NCBI RefSeq assembly: GCF_009914755.1
Contig: NC_060934.1
Length of the DNA: 64,000 bases
Direction: 5' to 3' (one strand)
Source of the DNA: the human T2T-CHM13v2.0 reference genome, Homo sapiens
Numbering within the stretch: the stretch's first letter is position 1; the number at the start of each line of letters is the position of its first letter. The translations under genes and the position numbers were made by a program. The notes under the pieces are model-generated. The model was not told the origin of the DNA. It did not search any database and worked only from the letters and a program-made list of their open reading frames with translations. Positions 59,195-64,000 of this stretch are shown in pieces.

Positions 59195-61397
59195 AGAGAA
59201 TAAGCAAGCAAGGATGGGGAGATCTGTAGGTAACTACTGTACTCAGGTGCTCACTTGTGCCAGCGGGGACTCACATAGCTGTGCATTATAAACTCACAGT
59301 CATCAAGATTGATGTATACGCAGTCAAGGGGAGAGAAAAAAAGGGCTTGGTTTCCAAGACTATCATGGAAAACTGACTATTGTTTCACCAAGGCCAAAAC
59401 CTTACAGTTGCCCTCACAGTCGTTATTGGTGGAGTTACTGGTGGCATATTTGGGGCCATCATGAGTTCCCTAGCTCCTATTAATCCCGTGGCCTCTGTGG
59501 TTAATTTGGTGGTAACCTAGAAATACAGCTAATTGGAAAAGTATTTGCTAGGCTGTGGTAGAAAATGGAATAGTTGGGGGAGAGATGTGAGCTGAATGCC
59601 ACAGAGGATACTTGGATTCAACATAAATGGAAACAGGTATTGAGAAGAGCATAAGGAATTGGCTGCAGTGACTTCTCCACTGTTTCTTACCTTCCTGGTC
59701 CTTTCTGTCATCCCTCCTCATAATGCTTATGTTCAATGGCCACAGTGAGAGGGCTTGAAGCTAGAGGACATGGGTGTTGAAAAACGCACCTTAACAACAC
59801 CCCTGGTTTACAGGAAACCATGTTGAAGCCATACAAGACCTTTTCCTTTTCTCTAATCCTTTCAAAAAATTTAGAACCGATTTCATCATGTTTCATTATC
59901 ATTCCTTGCGTACTAGACTTGGAGCTGAAATACTAAAGGAAGTAAATGATGCCGCTGGCGCGGGTGGCTTTTCCTCTGGCTGGAGCTGGCAGGTAATATG
60001 AGCATACCTCAATAATATGAGGGGGCAGGGGGCAGGCAGAGAAGCAGGAAACTCTGGGACAAAAGACCCATATAGGATGAGTGATCGGGCAATGTACTTT
60101 CTATCCCTTTTAGCTATTTCCTGCTTGCCACTACAGCCCCAGGAGAAATGTCCTGCCTGATTTTTTTCAAGTGGCAACAGAACTGTTTATCAGATCCCCT
60201 CTGAGATAAGTCCTCTGAGTGCCTGTAGTTTACGGACTCGCACAATCAGAGACCACAGAGTGGAGCTTCCAAATCCCCATTATTTCATTCCCCAAATGGA
60301 AACAACCCATGGAGAAGTTCAATGATCCTTTAAAAAAAGAATACATATTTCAACAACAAAAGAGTTGGCCATATCAACCAGGATTTATTTTCCTCCCAAA
60401 GAGACTTCATCTTAATGATTAATGCACATTATAGGATGGAGAATGAAATACAAACACCTCTCCCTTCTTGTGTAAAGTAGGAGGAGTTTCCTTGTCTAGA
60501 TACACAGAAACTTCAAAAGCTAGCAAAGAAATTGTGCTTTAAAGAAAAAAAAACTACAAAGGAAAGTGACTCTGGATCACACACAGACTTAGATTTCCAG
60601 TCTGATGAGGCATATCCACCTCAGAAGGATTTACATGGGCATATGTTGCCAACAGGAAAAAAAAAAAAGTGGAGTTTTATGAACTGAAATAACACTAGTT
60701 CTGCCTCTGGTAGTAGAAAACTGACTTACCCTAAATTGCTACGGGTTAACTAACTTAACTTATATCCTCTTAATAATTAGAGAATATAAGATACTTGGTA
60801 AGTGGCAGACTATTCATTTCTAGGCTCCCATAATCCATGAAACAAGTGTGATACTAAAACCACAGGCAAATTTAGCATGTTGACCAGGACTCCATGACTG
60901 AGCACCTTCAAAAGAGCCTCAGTAAAGAGTTGATTCTTATGGAGTAAATGTTCAGTTGTAGGGTAGAGGTTGAAATACAAACTCCTATTTCCTCTTGGCC
61001 ATCAAGTAAGTACATCCTCAGCATTTAGATGCCTCTACAGAGGAAAATGAGACTCACCCAAAGTGGGAAATGTTTCTCTTTCCTCATCTACTTAGTCATA
61101 GAATTTTCAAAAAGACTCTTGAGCAGGATGATCCAACAGACCTTCCCAAAGACTGACTTAAGAACTTATCTTTTCAGAGCACAAGGCAAGTGAGGGCTAC
61201 CCAGGTTTTTTTTCAGAGGGCAGGAGCTCTCAGCACAAAATCTCACTGCTAGCAGTTGTTCCTCTGGGCATCTTCCTCATCTCCAAGAGGGAAGGATCAC
61301 CCGCTCCTCACAGCCTCTAAACTTCCCTGGGTTTCCTGCAGTCTGTTTTCCCACCTCCCTGAGTCTGGCTGCCGAACCCTGTGAAGCTACTTCTCCA

Positions 61398-61570
61398 GGG
61401 TAGTGGTTCTCAAACTTTGGCATGCAGTTGGAGGGCTTGTTAAAATCTTGCTGGGCTCCATCCCCAGTTTCTGATTTAGTAGGTTTGGGGTGGGGGCCCT
61501 AGATTTTGCATTTCTTACAGTTTCCCAGATAATGGGGATGCTGCTTATCTGGGAACACCGCTTTGAGACC
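61398..61570. mobile_element. MER5A
   Basis: agtggttctcaaacttt...gggcttgttaaaa...ttctgatttagtaggtttggggtggggg...ctttgaga. Confidence 0.8.
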
Positions 61571-62689
61571 TGCCACTCCCAAAAAACCTTTCTTGCAACT
61601 ACACACTAATTATAGGTGTTGCTGCTCGAGAAGCTTCCCATTCAGACCTGAACAGAGATGATTCAGTGTTTGAGCCAGCCCCCAGATAACCAGCTGCCTA
61701 CCACTTAGCTAATTGCTGGGATCAAGGGGTTGAACAGACATTTTCTGTTTCAGATGCGAACAAGGGGGTGAAAAAATTAAAAAGATACAGGGAAGCAATT
61801 GCAATGCCACTGTGCAAGCTTCACCAGTGGACGTTCCAATTAACAATCAGAGAGTACCTGCTGAGCACATTTTAGATTAAGATTAAAAGGAAAAATGATG
61901 AAGTACAGATGGGGAGGGGTTACGGAGACCATCATTTACAAGGGATAAAGAAATGGTAAGTAGCTTAAGAATGACAACAACAATAACACACACCCAAGAT
62001 GATTTACTAGGGACGGGACTGGCTGAGGAACAAGATATCATTTTGTGAAATAATTTCCAACGTTCAAATTCTCCTCACTCTTGTGGCTAGTCCCTTTCTA
62101 AATTGAATGGGGCCCTCTCAATTCCCACCAGGATTATGGACAGGCAGAGTTCAGGCCCACAGCACCACAGACATGAGTCAATGCAATAAGCCTAATGATT
62201 CTAGACTCTTTTCCTAGTCTCACCTCTGCAATGTTGCCAAATTAATTTAATTAAAAATGTCATTCATCCACCATCACGGTCCCTGCCTGTTTCATATAGT
62301 AACTCTAAGCCTGGCTAGGAAGAATTTCTAAAACCTAAACTCATTCTACATCTCTTACTTTATTTTCTACTATGTTTCAGTCCAAACCCTTGCCTTCATT
62401 ATTTCATGAATGTGACCCATGTATTCCCTAATTTTAAATCTATGCCTTCTCTGTGGCCTCTTCAACTGCTGATTACTCTTTGTGTTCAAACCTTGGGCAG
62501 TCTTCGAGGCCAACCTCCAGGCTTGATTCAGCAAACTACTTGTGCCCTCATTGACCTCTCCCATCTCTGAATTCCCATGCTACTGGGAGGAAAAAAATTC
62601 TAAACTGCCTCATTATGTTCATATTCAATTATTCTTCAATTCAATGTAATAATACCTGACAATTGTATAAAATTTACATATGCTATTGC

Positions 62690-62840
62690 ATTTGGTCCTC
62701 ACAAAATGGCAGAATAAAGTAGATATTGTACTATAATCCCCATTTTACAGACAGAGAAGCAGAGGCTCAGATATCCAATCAAGACCCTGCAGCTATGTGG
62801 TAGAGTTAGGATAGAGACCCACTAGCCTTGTGCCATACCA
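62690..62840 (-). mobile_element. MIR
   Basis: atccccattttacagacagagaagcagaggctcaga. Confidence 0.7.
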
Positions 62841-64000
62841 CTTCCTCTCCAGATGGAGTGCAGCCTTCTTGGAGAGGAAGAGGAAGCATAAGACATAGTG
62901 TCTGCTATCTACAGAGCCTCGCCTGGGGCTCATGCAAAAATGATGGGGGTTGACTGATTCATAAATCCTTCATAGAGGAGGACAAACTGCCCTAGAAAAT
63001 AACTGATGTGTCTGTTGGGTGGTCTAGGAAAATGCAGAGGAAGCAGATGTATTCAACCTGTACCTAACCCTAACCCTGCTCTGTAGAGACTGTCATGTGG
63101 GACACTAATAATCCCCAGAAGTCCTCTCTGGGACCCCGTGTGGGGTGGTGGTATCAGGAAGACTGATCCCATCGGCTGAGGGGAAGTTCTTCTGCTTATA
63201 GAGGGATAACTCCTAGTTATCCAACTGATTAAAGATGAATGACCCTTCAAGTGGCCCAATTTTCCCTCACCCTCTCCTATTCTAGGAGAACAAGGATGAA
63301 GATAATGAAAGCTGATAATACTTAGACACTCTGAAGACTCTTAATTATGAACTAGATGATTAATAAGCTTTGCATCCCATTTGATCCAATCAAAATAAAT
63401 AAAAAAGATGATATCATATGGATATGGATTTTTATGGAATCTATCTATAACCAAGAGAGTAGGTCTAAGTGATTTGAAGCTTTCCTGGCTACCTCTGGAT
63501 ATCCTGGATAAACTGCCTACACTGGAATAAAAGCATCTAGCCAGCCAGAATATTATGAGACAGACTAATTTTAAAAGGAGGCAAGTCTTTGCAATGTACT
63601 TCAAATTAGAAACTGATATTATTATTCATAAAATTTAAGATCACAGAAAAATATTTTGTGAGCTAATAACAATAATGGATTTAGTGTGAATGACATGATA
63701 TGAATTCATCATTGAGAAAGCAATAATATTTATATAGAACATTTTCTCCTGAACTTGGGACAACACCCCAAGACTGCCCTGAACCTGATGGGATCCAAGC
63801 TGAAAGCTTTGTATTCTTTTGGTTTTCTTCATGCTGCCATTTTACTTATCTTATCAGAGCTGTGTACCTAAGAGTTTATCTTTCTAATATCGATTCTTCT
63901 CATGTTTACACTGGACGGGGCATGTGTGTTCAATAAGTTGTGTAGTTTTTAGTTTTACCAAACAGAATAAAGCCTCTTCACTTTATCCCAGACATCATGG

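Larger units (their letters stand above)
57300..64000 (-). other. KCNMA1: 3' part of the KCNMA1 intron upstream of the S2 exon
   Basis: Ends at acceptor AG 57300-57301. No S1-encoding exon was seen up to 64000. Confidence 0.85.

Overview
Primate (human-like) genomic DNA from inside KCNMA1, the BK/Slo1 large-conductance Ca2+- and voltage-activated K+ channel alpha-subunit gene, transcribed on the minus strand. Only two coding exons are present: 57206-57299 (94 nt; S1-S2 linker and S2) and 55804-55915 (112 nt; S2-S3 loop and S3). These are exons 4 and 5 in the usual numbering (from memory) and are separated by a 1290-nt intron. The rest is intron: about 6.7 kb of the preceding intron and at least 55.8 kb of the following one. 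The S4 exon (GLRFLRALR...) was not found, so it should lie beyond position 1. The intron DNA is an ordinary mammalian mosaic of Alu, old L1, L2, MIR, MaLR/ERV1 solo LTRs, hAT/Tigger MITEs and microsatellites, and nearly all ORFs in the track derive from repeats or chance. I see no evidence of a self-contained new multi-gene system. The best leads are regulatory or splicing hypotheses: (1) a CpG-retaining block at about 12.6-13.3 kb holding the longest ORF of the window, with two donor sites in the same phase as exon 5 (possible internal first exon); (2) a cryptic donor just upstream of a (UG)14 tract in intron 4 (TDP-43-type cryptic exon layout); (3) two strong CTCF-like motifs; (4) several local duplications and unusual Alu insertions. 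Repeat subfamily names are by eye from remembered consensus sequences, and their boundaries are approximate unless a target-site duplication (TSD) is quoted.
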